From the NCBI RefSeq assembly GCF_028287845.1, contig NZ_JAQBOW010000005.1, positions 393 through 64,392 of the forward strand: DNA of 64,000 bases. Reading direction: 5' to 3'. The stretch is from Mucilaginibacter sp. (lineage in GTDB: Bacteria; Bacteroidota; Bacteroidia; Sphingobacteriales; Sphingobacteriaceae). The position numbers were made by a program, and so were the translations under genes. The notes under the pieces were generated by a model. It saw nothing but the letters and a program-made list of their open reading frames with translations, was not told the origin of the DNA and did no database searches. This document shows positions 47,178 through 56,268 of the stretch, piece by piece; position 1 is the first letter of the stretch, and each line of letters starts with the position of its first letter.

Positions 47178-48653
47178 TTGAGAATGATTTTTCAACAACA
47201 CTCCTTATACCGCAAATTACTATTATTAGGTTTATTGGTACAATTAATAGCAGCCTGGTTTAGCTTGGGCTATAACCAATGCGACGAGCATTTCCAGGTG
47301 TTAGAGTTTTGCAATTATAAACTTGGCCTTTCGCCGGCAACAGATCTGCCGTGGGAATTTGCTGCACATTGCCGGTCGGCATTGCAGCCCTTTGTTGCTT
47401 ATATTATAAGTAAAGCATTATTAATACTGAATTTGTATAACCCATTTTGGGTAAGCTTTATAATGCGGTTAATAATGGGCATAGCTACCTGGTTGCTAAC
47501 CTGCCGCGTAGTAATACTTATGCTGCCCCAATTTACTACCGAAAAAGGCAAACAGGTGTACGTGTGGTGCAGCTTCCTGCTGTGGTTCATACCCTATATA
47601 GGTGTTCGTTTTTCTGCCGAAAACATTGCCGGTTTATTGTTTTTAACAGCACTCACTTTATTACCGGGTTTACTTGCGGCAAATTCTTATAAACGCTATT
47701 TTAAAATAATAGTAGCAGGTATATTACTCGGCTTTGCTTTAATGATACGCCTGCAAATGGCTTTTGCTTTTATACCGCTAATAATATGGATAATAGTTTA
47801 TGCCAAATGGCCCTTAAAAAACTGGCTGGTTGTTATATTGTCTGGCCTGGTGGCAATTGGGTTAGCTGTACTGGCAGATAAGTGGTTATACGGCGCCTGG
47901 GTTTTTTCGCCTTATAATTATTACCGGGTAAATATTGTTCAGCATGTTGCTGATAATTATGGCACATCCCCTTGGTGGTATTATTTAAAGTTGTTTTTTG
48001 ATTATGCTGTACCGCCAATAAGTTATTTTTTGCTGCCGCTATTTTTAATAGGCCTATGGAAAAACCCACGACATTTATTTAGCTGGATATGCATAGTTTT
48101 TATACTGGGACATAGCGTAATAGGCCATAAAGAAATTAGATTTTTATTACCACTTATATTTCCTTTGATATTTTTGGCTTGTCAAGGTTTTGATCTGTTA
48201 CTAAAACAATATCCCGCTAAAAAAATATTTCGTTGGGCGCTACCTATACTGGCCGGATTTAATATTGCTTTGCTTAGCGTAAAAATATTCATGCCTGCTC
48301 ATGAGGCTTTTGCCTACTATAAATTCATGTACAATTTTGCGCAAAAACAGCCTGCTACTTTGGTGAGCTTTGAAACCTCGCCTTACCATATCCTGGGATT
48401 GGAGATAAATTTCTATAAGCCAAAAAACATGAACATTGAAGTTGTGCATAGCACGCATGAACTTGATACCATTTTAAAGCGGACCAATGGGCGGGCCGTT
48501 ATTTTTGTTGATCCCAAAATAGATCCTACACCTTTTATAGCCGGCTACAAGAAAACAAAAGTGTACTGTCTTGTACCAGACTGGATACATCTGTTTAATG
48601 TTAATAACTGGATAAGCAGATCGTATATATGGACTGTATACCGGTTGAAATAA
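47178..48653 (+). CDS. GT-C integral-membrane glycosyltransferase, PIG-B/Alg9-like (GT22)
   Basis: Multiple TM segments; first-loop 'DEHFQVLEF', 'WEF..HCRS', 'YG.SPWWYY', 'HS.IGHKE.RFLLP'. Confidence 0.75.
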   Translation: MRMIFQQHSLYRKLLLLGLLVQLIAAWFSLGYNQCDEHFQVLEFCNYKLGLSPATDLPWEFAAHCRSALQPFVAYIISKALLILNLYNPFWVSFIMRLIMGIATWLLTCRVVILMLPQFTTEKGKQVYVWCSFLLWFIPYIGVRFSAENIAGLLFLTALTLLPGLLAANSYKRYFKIIVAGILLGFALMIRLQMAFAFIPLIIWIIVYAKWPLKNWLVVILSGLVAIGLAVLADKWLYGAWVFSPYNYYRVNIVQHVADNYGTSPWWYYLKLFFDYAVPPISYFLLPLFLIGLWKNPRHLFSWICIVFILGHSVIGHKEIRFLLPLIFPLIFLACQGFDLLLKQYPAKKIFRWALPILAGFNIALLSVKIFMPAHEAFAYYKFMYNFAQKQPATLVSFETSPYHILGLEINFYKPKNMNIEVVHSTHELDTILKRTNGRAVIFVDPKIDPTPFIAGYKKTKVYCLVPDWIHLFNVNNWISRSYIWTVYRLK

Positions 48654-48731
48654 TAGCTTTTTTGCTTTTAGAACGTATTAATTAATTTAGGCATAAATCA
48701 TAATTTTCATATATAAAATCTGATTCTATCT

Positions 48732-49259
48732 ATGAATATTACTAACATCCAACTAACACAAGTTACGTTAGCTAACCTTAAAGCGTTACACCAAATAAGC
48801 AGGAAAACATTTATAGATTCTTTTGCCCACCTCAACACAAAAGAAAATATGGAAGCTTATCTGGCTGATCACCTCACTGAGCAAAAACTAAGTGAAGAAC
48901 TCAATCAACCGGGATCAGCATTTTATTTTGCCGAGAATAACGGTGAACCTATAGGCTATATAAAGATCAATACCGGCGCGACGCAAACTGAATTATGGGA
49001 AGAACAAGGCTTAGAGATTGAACGCATTTATGTTATTAAAGAATATCAGGGTCAAAAAATTGGACAACTTCTTTTCAACAAGGCATTTGAGCTGGCTAAG
49101 AAAGCAAACCGACCCTACATCTGGCTTGGTGTATGGAATAAGAATGAAAGCGCCATACAGTTTTATCAAAAAATGGGGTTTATAGCATTTGACAGCCATC
49201 CTTTTAAATTGGGCGATGATGTACAAACTGACATTATGATGAAATTGGAATTGATATAA
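48732..49259 (+). CDS. GNAT N-acetyltransferase (PaiA-like)
   Basis: 'EIERIYVIKEYQGQKIGQLL', 'IWLGVWNKNESAIQFYQKMGF', 'F.LGDDVQTDI.M'. Confidence 0.88.
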   Translation: MNITNIQLTQVTLANLKALHQISRKTFIDSFAHLNTKENMEAYLADHLTEQKLSEELNQPGSAFYFAENNGEPIGYIKINTGATQTELWEEQGLEIERIYVIKEYQGQKIGQLLFNKAFELAKKANRPYIWLGVWNKNESAIQFYQKMGFIAFDSHPFKLGDDVQTDIMMKLELI

Positions 49260-49287
49260 AAGAAAAATAATTTTCTAAATTGCCACG

Positions 49288-49974
49288 ATGAAAAACAGCA
49301 TTATTTTACTTTTCCTGCTTGTTACGGTAGCTGCTGAGGCACAAAACCCTGACTGGCCAAATATTAAACGTTTCGAGCAAGCCAACAGCAAAGTACCATC
49401 GCCAGCCAAAGGCGAAAAACGCGTGGTATATATGGGCGATTCTCTTACAGACTTTTGGATAAATAAAGATTCGACCTTTTTTGCAGGCAAGCCTTATTAT
49501 GACCGTGGCATAAGCGGCCAAACAACAGGGCAAATGCTGGTGCGTTTTAGAGAGGATGTGATCAACTTAAAACCTGCGGTAGTGGTTATATTGGCGGGTA
49601 TCAATGATATAGCCGAAAATAACGGCCCTTCAAAACTAGAAGATGTAATGGGTAATATTATATCAATGGCCGAATTGGCTAAAGTTAACCATATAAAAGT
49701 TGTGCTTTCATCGGTTTTGCCTGCAGCAGCATTTCCATGGCGGCCATCTATCGATCCTAAACCAAAAGTGAAGGCTTTAAACGATATGATGAAGGAGTAT
49801 GCTCAAAAAAACAATTTTGTTTACCTGGATTACTTCACTGCAATGGTAGATGAGAACCAGGGTTTACCTAAAAATCTTGCAAAAGATGGTGTTCATCCAA
49901 CGCTTGAAGGTTATAAGATTATGGAGCCACTGGTTGAAAAAGCAATAGCAGAAGCTTTAAAAGCAAAACAGTAG
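49288..49974 (+). CDS. SGNH/GDSL hydrolase, exported
   Basis: 'VVYMGDSLT', 'RGISGQTT', 'ILAGINDI', 'DGVHP'. Confidence 0.92.
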   Translation: MKNSIILLFLLVTVAAEAQNPDWPNIKRFEQANSKVPSPAKGEKRVVYMGDSLTDFWINKDSTFFAGKPYYDRGISGQTTGQMLVRFREDVINLKPAVVVILAGINDIAENNGPSKLEDVMGNIISMAELAKVNHIKVVLSSVLPAAAFPWRPSIDPKPKVKALNDMMKEYAQKNNFVYLDYFTAMVDENQGLPKNLAKDGVHPTLEGYKIMEPLVEKAIAEALKAKQ

Positions 49975-50079
49975 GACGTTTTTTTTTGCTCGTGATAAGT
50001 ACGTAAAATAAAGAGAATAAGCTATTATAGTGTTTTCTTTATCACTTTCAATTAGTTACCTTGTTCATAAGGAATTTGA

Positions 50080-50129
50080 CTAAAACACAAAAGCCTGCAA
50101 TCAAATGATTGCAGGCTTTTGTGTTTTAG
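50080..50129. terminator. Bidirectional intrinsic terminator
   Basis: Perfect 24-bp stem CTAAAACACAAAAGCCTGCAATCA/TGATTGCAGGCTTTTGTGTTTTAG between convergent genes. Confidence 0.85.
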
Positions 50130-50148
50130 ATATTAATATCAACAGTAA

Positions 50149-51702
50149 TCACCTAATTGGTGTTGCTTTTTCGAACGATTGCTGCTTATTACAACGATCT
50201 TGATAACTCATCGTTTCAGTAATATCCTGGAATATGCCGCGTATTTTTTCGCACTTTCCGTTAATAAATTCGGGGAAGCCGATAGATCTGACTCTAATAG
50301 GGTTACCCTTTCCGGTTATTATATCCATTTCAATATCAAAAGGGGTACAATTTTCAATTGCGTCTTTGCGTAGTTTTATAATCATATCTGAGCTGGCATC
50401 GTCTTTAAAAAACACAAAGGTATCATCCAGAACCGGATCAAAATCTTCCGGTACTTCCAATATTTCTTTCAATACTTTACTCCAGGTACCTGTATTGTTT
50501 TTAAAATCACGCTCCCAAGTCCCTATTCGTGTTATCGTAGTCGTTTTATTGAGCGCTGTGGATATTTGTTTATACTCTTCTTCTTTAAATTTAGTGTTTT
50601 TAAGCTCTTCGGTATATATTAATAAACCGCCAATAATGGTATCGCTTTTATACCATGGCCGTATGTCCCAACGTGCCCAGCCTAACGATCCGTCAATTTT
50701 TTCTATAAGATCCCCTTCCGAATGATCTATATTTCCTTTTAAACATAAATTAAGTTTGTGCTGATATTTTTCTTTTATTCGGGGCCACAGATCATATAAA
50801 CATTTGCCTATGTAACCTTTGTTTTGCAGCTTATATTCTATAACAAATTTCCGGGAAGCAGTTAAAAAACACAAGTCATTATCAACCATAGCGATAGCGA
50901 ACGGTGCCTGCTCAATGAAGGTTCTGTGCTTTTCATCATTTTCTGATTGAAGCTTATTTATAGATTTTTTAGCCGATAGATCATCAATATATTTATGATA
51001 GCAGGCTGAGAAATTTGAGGGGTTGGAAAAATTAAGCATGAGAGCCATCTGCCCTTTGTTTGCTCTTTTTGAGGTGATATAATCATGAGCCAGTTCCATT
51101 TGCAAAGTGCGGTAATACGCAAAAATAGTTTCGCCATACCGTTCTTTAAAATCTCTTTTCAATTTAGATTCAGAGATAAAATATTTTTTGGCAAGTAATT
51201 CAATACCAGGGAATCCGTCAAAAAGGTGTGATTTTAAATTTTCTACAACATCATTCAATATGTCTTTTATGGGTTTTAAGTCTTTGATCCTGTTATCAAG
51301 AACATGCTGTGGGTTGGTAATTGGTTTTTGGTTTAAATCACTAACATCCAAAACATTTACGTAAAACCCTTTTACTTCGCCGTCCTCAATATCCGGGAAG
51401 TAAATAGTCCTTGCTATTTTTTTCTGACCATTTGGCAATTCAATATTGCGGTCAAAAACACTAACTTTTCCACCTAATGCAGTATTAACATACCCTAAGT
51501 TTTGTTGATACAAAGGGCCCAATAATTCTCGTATATGTTTTTTATCAATTGGCCCTGTATGTTCAATACCAAACCAGTACATATAGGCTTTATTGGCATA
51601 TTTGCAAACCAAATCCTTGCCCCAGTAAGCCAGCATTGTATTTGTGTTTTCAGCCGCATTCAATCTTAACTCAATAAAAGTTTTATCGGTCTCAAATGAC
51701 AT
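50149..51702 (-). CDS. PAS-AraC HTH-PAS-PAS transcriptional regulator, paralog 1
   Basis: N-terminal PAS ('MLAYWGKDLVCKYANKAY..WFG'), central AraC double HTH (50989-51213), PAS ('FIEQAPFAIAMVD...RWDIRPW'), PAS/PAC ('RIGTWE...GIFQDIT'). No kinase or receiver domain. Confidence 0.8.
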   Translation of the reverse strand: MSFETDKTFIELRLNAAENTNTMLAYWGKDLVCKYANKAYMYWFGIEHTGPIDKKHIRELLGPLYQQNLGYVNTALGGKVSVFDRNIELPNGQKKIARTIYFPDIEDGEVKGFYVNVLDVSDLNQKPITNPQHVLDNRIKDLKPIKDILNDVVENLKSHLFDGFPGIELLAKKYFISESKLKRDFKERYGETIFAYYRTLQMELAHDYITSKRANKGQMALMLNFSNPSNFSACYHKYIDDLSAKKSINKLQSENDEKHRTFIEQAPFAIAMVDNDLCFLTASRKFVIEYKLQNKGYIGKCLYDLWPRIKEKYQHKLNLCLKGNIDHSEGDLIEKIDGSLGWARWDIRPWYKSDTIIGGLLIYTEELKNTKFKEEEYKQISTALNKTTTITRIGTWERDFKNNTGTWSKVLKEILEVPEDFDPVLDDTFVFFKDDASSDMIIKLRKDAIENCTPFDIEMDIITGKGNPIRVRSIGFPEFINGKCEKIRGIFQDITETMSYQDRCNKQQSFEKATPIR

Positions 51703-51941
51703 AGCAATCCTTTAAGTCTAAAAATTTAGGTATTCTTAAAATTTGTAGCGGCTTTTTGAACTTGAATCAGCTTTAATATAACAAAGCTGCAAAATTAATA
51801 TTAAAAAAATGCGGTATCTCGTCATTATTTTTAAAAGATATAGAACATATCTCTTATTTCCTGTGTACGAATGTGCAAAGTTATCCCCTCTTAGGCATAG
51901 CCAGGACGGTTTTTATGGTTGTTAAATTGGTATTAATTTTA

Positions 51942-52388
51942 TTAAACAGTAATTTCGCCATTGTTTTTTTGCTCGTGGCTTAGCAATTCATTAAATTTTT
52001 CTAATAATTTAATGTACCTGTCCATCCAATAATAAATGGGGTCTTTGGGTTTATCGCCGGGCTCGAGCAAATCGGCCATAACCTCGCCACTAAATAAGTT
52101 TGTTTTTTTTGCAAACTCTTCCGGAAAGTCCCTGGCAAAATCATGTCCTATTATAAAGCCTATTTTACAAATAATGTCAAGGCCTAATTCTTTTGTTTCA
52201 AACCAGTTGTACAGGGTTCGCCTACTAACATGTAGTCTTCTGGCTATTTCGCTAATGCCCATTCGGTCACAGCGTACCACACGCTCCAAAATCCGTCCCT
52301 GGTGCAATTCCGGTTTTTCTGCGGCATTTTTTGCAGATATTGTTTCAAACGCCGAATAATTTGCAGGATAATCGATATGGTTATGCAT
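51942..52388 (-). CDS. XRE/Cro-like helix-turn-helix protein
   Basis: 'MGISEIARRLHVSRRTLYNWF', then 'IGHDFARDFPE' and C-terminal helix 'YWMDRYIKLLEKFNELL'. Confidence 0.75.
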   Translation of the reverse strand: MHNHIDYPANYSAFETISAKNAAEKPELHQGRILERVVRCDRMGISEIARRLHVSRRTLYNWFETKELGLDIICKIGFIIGHDFARDFPEEFAKKTNLFSGEVMADLLEPGDKPKDPIYYWMDRYIKLLEKFNELLSHEQKNNGEITV

Positions 52389-52774
52389 ATTATTATAAAT
52401 TAATTGGTGAAAACTATTTTCATATTTACTGCTAAAGTTTTACTCATTAAACTAATTCATTATAAGCCGAAAATTTCAACCGTATTGATCATTTAACCAC
52501 AGTCAATAGAAACATGATCAACTCTATAATAATGGCCTTAAATATTTCTAATATAAATTTCGCTCGTATTGCACTATGAAACAACCTATTAGCGACCAAT
52601 TAATACCTGAAAAAGGTATTAATTTAATATTTTTTTTTCTTTTTTTATACTTTTTATAACCAGCAAGCACATGAAATTTGCTCAATATCAAGTAAAACCG
52701 AATAAAATTTAACAAATACTACTTGATTTACATCATATATTATGTTTATTAATTGAAAGTAAATAATAATATTT

Positions 52775-54244
52775 TTAATAACTTATATCATGAAATATTC
52801 CCGATATTTTTTCGCATTGGTCATTTTTAAATTCTGAATAGCAAATTAACCTTATCCGTTTTAAATTTTTCTTAGCTGTAATTAATTCCACTTCGATATC
52901 GAAAGACCCTCTTTTTTTGAATACATTATTTAATGAGCTTTTAACCAAATCGCGATTTTTACCTTGCTTGTAAAACTTTAACGAGGCTTCGAGGTTGGCT
53001 ATAACATAATCATCATCAACTTCTAATATTTCTCTTGTAATTTTACTCCAGACAGCTGTGTTTGTTATTGAATTTTGGTACCATGTACCTATACGTTCAA
53101 TTTCATTGGTTTTATTTAATATCTCAAAAAATTGTTTGTCTTTTTCTTCTGCCTGCTTTAAAGCTGTTATATCCTTGGTAAATATCAACACACCTCCCAC
53201 TTCATCAATATTTTTGTACCAGGGCTGTATATCTAATCTTATCCATCCCGGCGTTCCGTCTTTTTGTGTAACAGCAAGGTCAGCATAGTTATTAACTATT
53301 CCTTTTAACGAGTCGAGCTGAAGCGCTCTGAATTTTTCTTCAATGTTGGGCAAAACCTCGTTAAGACTTTTACCAGCCAATTCTGTATCGCTTAAATTGT
53401 ATTCGTTAAGCCATTTTTGTGAGGTTGTTATAAAATGCATGTTTATATCAAACAGAGCGACTGCAGCAACAGACTGTTCGACAAAATCCTTATAGTTTGC
53501 AAGGTTATAATTATTGATATCGCTTATATGCCTGTGTTCTAAATACTTTTTATAGCACGCTGAGAAGTTTGATGGATTTGAAAAATTGAACATCAAAGCC
53601 AACTGGTTTTTATTATACTTTTTGGCACTTAGATACTTGTTTGCCAATTCCATCTGCAAATTGCGATAGTACGCAAATATGGTTATCCCGTATTTTTCCT
53701 TAAAATCTCTTTTTAGCTTTGATTCTGATACATAATACTTCTTAGCAAGATTTGATATTCCCGGAAATCCTGTCAATACACTTGCTGCTAAGGCTTGTTG
53801 TATATCTTCAAGACCTTGATGATTGTGAGGCAAGGTCTTTTTTAGGTTATCATTTAAAGTCGGGTTAACAACATTATTCATATCGGCTACATGCACAAAT
53901 ATTCCTTTAACATCGTTTTCATCAAAGTCGGGCACGTAGGTTATCTTCGCATTTAATACCTTACCCGATGGTGTGGGGATCATACTATTAAAAATCTGTG
54001 TTTTACCATCAAACGCTGCTTTTATAAACGGGCCATTTTGTTTGTAAACCGGCCCTAAAAAATCACGAAGATTAATTTTATTTATCATCTGTTCGGGCAG
54101 GATTCCAAACCAATTAAAAACAGCATTATTAACAAAACGACAAATCAAACCTCTATCCCAATAGGCCAGAATTGTATTTTTATTCATATCAAATACTGAC
54201 ACGGAAGGGCTTTCGGTGCTATTGAATGGCATTTTTTTTTTCAT
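52775..54244 (-). CDS. PAS-AraC HTH-PAS-PAS transcriptional regulator, paralog 2
   Basis: Same domain order as paralog 1; AraC HTH at 53543-53767; ends 'SGIFHDISY*'. Confidence 0.8.
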   Translation of the reverse strand: MKKKMPFNSTESPSVSVFDMNKNTILAYWDRGLICRFVNNAVFNWFGILPEQMINKINLRDFLGPVYKQNGPFIKAAFDGKTQIFNSMIPTPSGKVLNAKITYVPDFDENDVKGIFVHVADMNNVVNPTLNDNLKKTLPHNHQGLEDIQQALAASVLTGFPGISNLAKKYYVSESKLKRDFKEKYGITIFAYYRNLQMELANKYLSAKKYNKNQLALMFNFSNPSNFSACYKKYLEHRHISDINNYNLANYKDFVEQSVAAVALFDINMHFITTSQKWLNEYNLSDTELAGKSLNEVLPNIEEKFRALQLDSLKGIVNNYADLAVTQKDGTPGWIRLDIQPWYKNIDEVGGVLIFTKDITALKQAEEKDKQFFEILNKTNEIERIGTWYQNSITNTAVWSKITREILEVDDDYVIANLEASLKFYKQGKNRDLVKSSLNNVFKKRGSFDIEVELITAKKNLKRIRLICYSEFKNDQCEKISGIFHDISY

Positions 54245-54307
54245 GGGAGTATTGATAAATCCCCGGAAGGCGGCGGTAAGGGGTACAAGTAGGTCGGGCC
54301 AGTAAGT

Positions 54308-56263
54308 TTATACGATCTCTGCAGGCATAGAACTTTTATCCAGCTTTTGATATTGAGAATTATTGCTGATAAAATCTGGTAGAATGGCTTTCATTTTACC
54401 AACCATTCCATCTACGTTATTTAGGAGGTTAATATCCAGTAACTCTTTAATTACGGTATTTATCTCGTCATAACAGTTGGGTATGGTTTTAGATATTTTA
54501 ATATCCTTATTATAGGTGGGTATAACAGTCTCGTTATCATTCAACAATTCTTCATAAAGTTTTTCTCCGGGCCTAAGGCCGGTAAAAAGTATTTTTATAT
54601 CCACATCAGGAACAAACCCTGCGAGTTTAATCATGTTAATGGCCAGGTCAGTTATTTTCACGGGTTTTCCCATATCAAAAATAAATATCTCGCCACCGTT
54701 ACCCATAACCGAAGCTTCAAGTACAAGATGCACGGCTTCAGGAATGGTCATAAAATAGCGGGTAATATCGGGATGTGTAACAGTTATTGGCCCCCCGCGT
54801 TCTATCTGTGCTTTAAACCTGGGAATAACAGAGCCGTTAGAGCCAAGCACGTTTCCAAAGCGTGTAGTAATAAATTTAGTTTTACATCTTCGGCTGTCCA
54901 CGCTTTTTGTATAGTTAAGCTGGTTGTATATAACCGAATTATTTAAGGCCTGAATATACATTTCGGCAATACGTTTTGATGCCCCCATAACATTGGTGGG
55001 CCGTACAGCTTTATCAGTAGATATCATGATGAATTTCTCTACACCATAGTCAACCGATATATCTGCCAGATTTTTTGTACCCCAAATGTTTGTCAGCACT
55101 GCTTCGGTAGGATGATTTTCCATCATTGGCACATGCTTGTATGCTGCGGCATGAAAAACAATCTGCGGCTTATAAAGATTAAAGAGTGCTTTTATCCGGT
55201 TTGAGTTTTGAATATCTGAAACAAATATTCGGCTTTTATGTGCATAAATACCATCCTCAAGCTCCAGTTGAATATCGTGCAATGGTGTTTCGGCCCGGTC
55301 GCATAACACAACAAACTCCGGGTTATATCCCATAATTTGCCGCACTATCTCTGCTCCTATCGAGCCGGCTGCACCGGTAACCAAAACCCTCTTGCCTTTA
55401 ACTTCACTGCATATATGCTCTTTACATAGTTGAATAGGCGCACGCTCTAACAGATCTTCGATCTTCAGATCTTTAAATTGATGCGAAGTTGGCATACCAT
55501 TTAGCCACTGGTTTGATGGAGCCACCGTTATCACCTTGATCCCGTACTCAATGCATTTTTCTACAGCACTTCTTTTACTGTCTGTATTAAGGTCCTCGGC
55601 TGTAATAAACATTGTTGATATGGAGAACTTTTGTTTCAAATTTTGGATAGACTTTACAGGGTGAACCTGGGTTTGCTCAATATATTTATACAGCTTATCC
55701 AAACCGGGATCAATAAAACCCTGTACGTTGATTAGCAAGCCTTTTTGGGTTTCGAGCGCCTTTTTTACCAATATGGAATGGTTTCCCGCCCCATATATTA
55801 AAACATTATCTCTCTTTATTGAAAAACCAGGTTCGTCAATGTATTTAAAAAGGTCTTTTATAATGATGCGCACGCCCATAAGCAAAGAGGACGAGATGAA
55901 AAAATTGACGAGTAAAATTGCGCCAAGCCCCGCCACACTAAAATAGGTACCAAATAATGACAAACACAGAAAAACAAACGACATGCTGCTTAGCAATACC
56001 GTAAACAAAACGCGCAGCATATCTCTGGTGTTCGAGTATCTTACAATACGGGTGTGTACTCGCATTAAAGTGAAAATTAAAAGCGCATTGCCGCAATACA
56101 ATGCCATATAAAACAGGTTGTCATGTTTTAGATTCAGTTTTCCCTTTAATGAAAACGATAGACAAATTGATGATATAACTATCAGCATATCTGTAAAAAG
56201 CACCAACCACTTGGAATGGAACTTATCTTGAAATAGTAAGTTTCTGATGTAGATCATAATCAA
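54308..56263 (-). CDS. CapD/PglF/WbpM-type membrane-bound UDP-GlcNAc 4,6-dehydratase
   Basis: N-terminal TM helices, 'IEDLLER', 'VLVTGAAGSIGAE', 'FHAAAYKHVP', 'STDKAV.PTNVMGASKR', 'RFGNVLGSNGSV', 'GLRPGEKLYEEL'. Confidence 0.92.
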   Translation of the reverse strand: MIMIYIRNLLFQDKFHSKWLVLFTDMLIVISSICLSFSLKGKLNLKHDNLFYMALYCGNALLIFTLMRVHTRIVRYSNTRDMLRVLFTVLLSSMSFVFLCLSLFGTYFSVAGLGAILLVNFFISSSLLMGVRIIIKDLFKYIDEPGFSIKRDNVLIYGAGNHSILVKKALETQKGLLINVQGFIDPGLDKLYKYIEQTQVHPVKSIQNLKQKFSISTMFITAEDLNTDSKRSAVEKCIEYGIKVITVAPSNQWLNGMPTSHQFKDLKIEDLLERAPIQLCKEHICSEVKGKRVLVTGAAGSIGAEIVRQIMGYNPEFVVLCDRAETPLHDIQLELEDGIYAHKSRIFVSDIQNSNRIKALFNLYKPQIVFHAAAYKHVPMMENHPTEAVLTNIWGTKNLADISVDYGVEKFIMISTDKAVRPTNVMGASKRIAEMYIQALNNSVIYNQLNYTKSVDSRRCKTKFITTRFGNVLGSNGSVIPRFKAQIERGGPITVTHPDITRYFMTIPEAVHLVLEASVMGNGGEIFIFDMGKPVKITDLAINMIKLAGFVPDVDIKILFTGLRPGEKLYEELLNDNETVIPTYNKDIKISKTIPNCYDEINTVIKELLDINLLNNVDGMVGKMKAILPDFISNNSQYQKLDKSSMPAEIV

Positions 56264-56268
56264 GAGAA

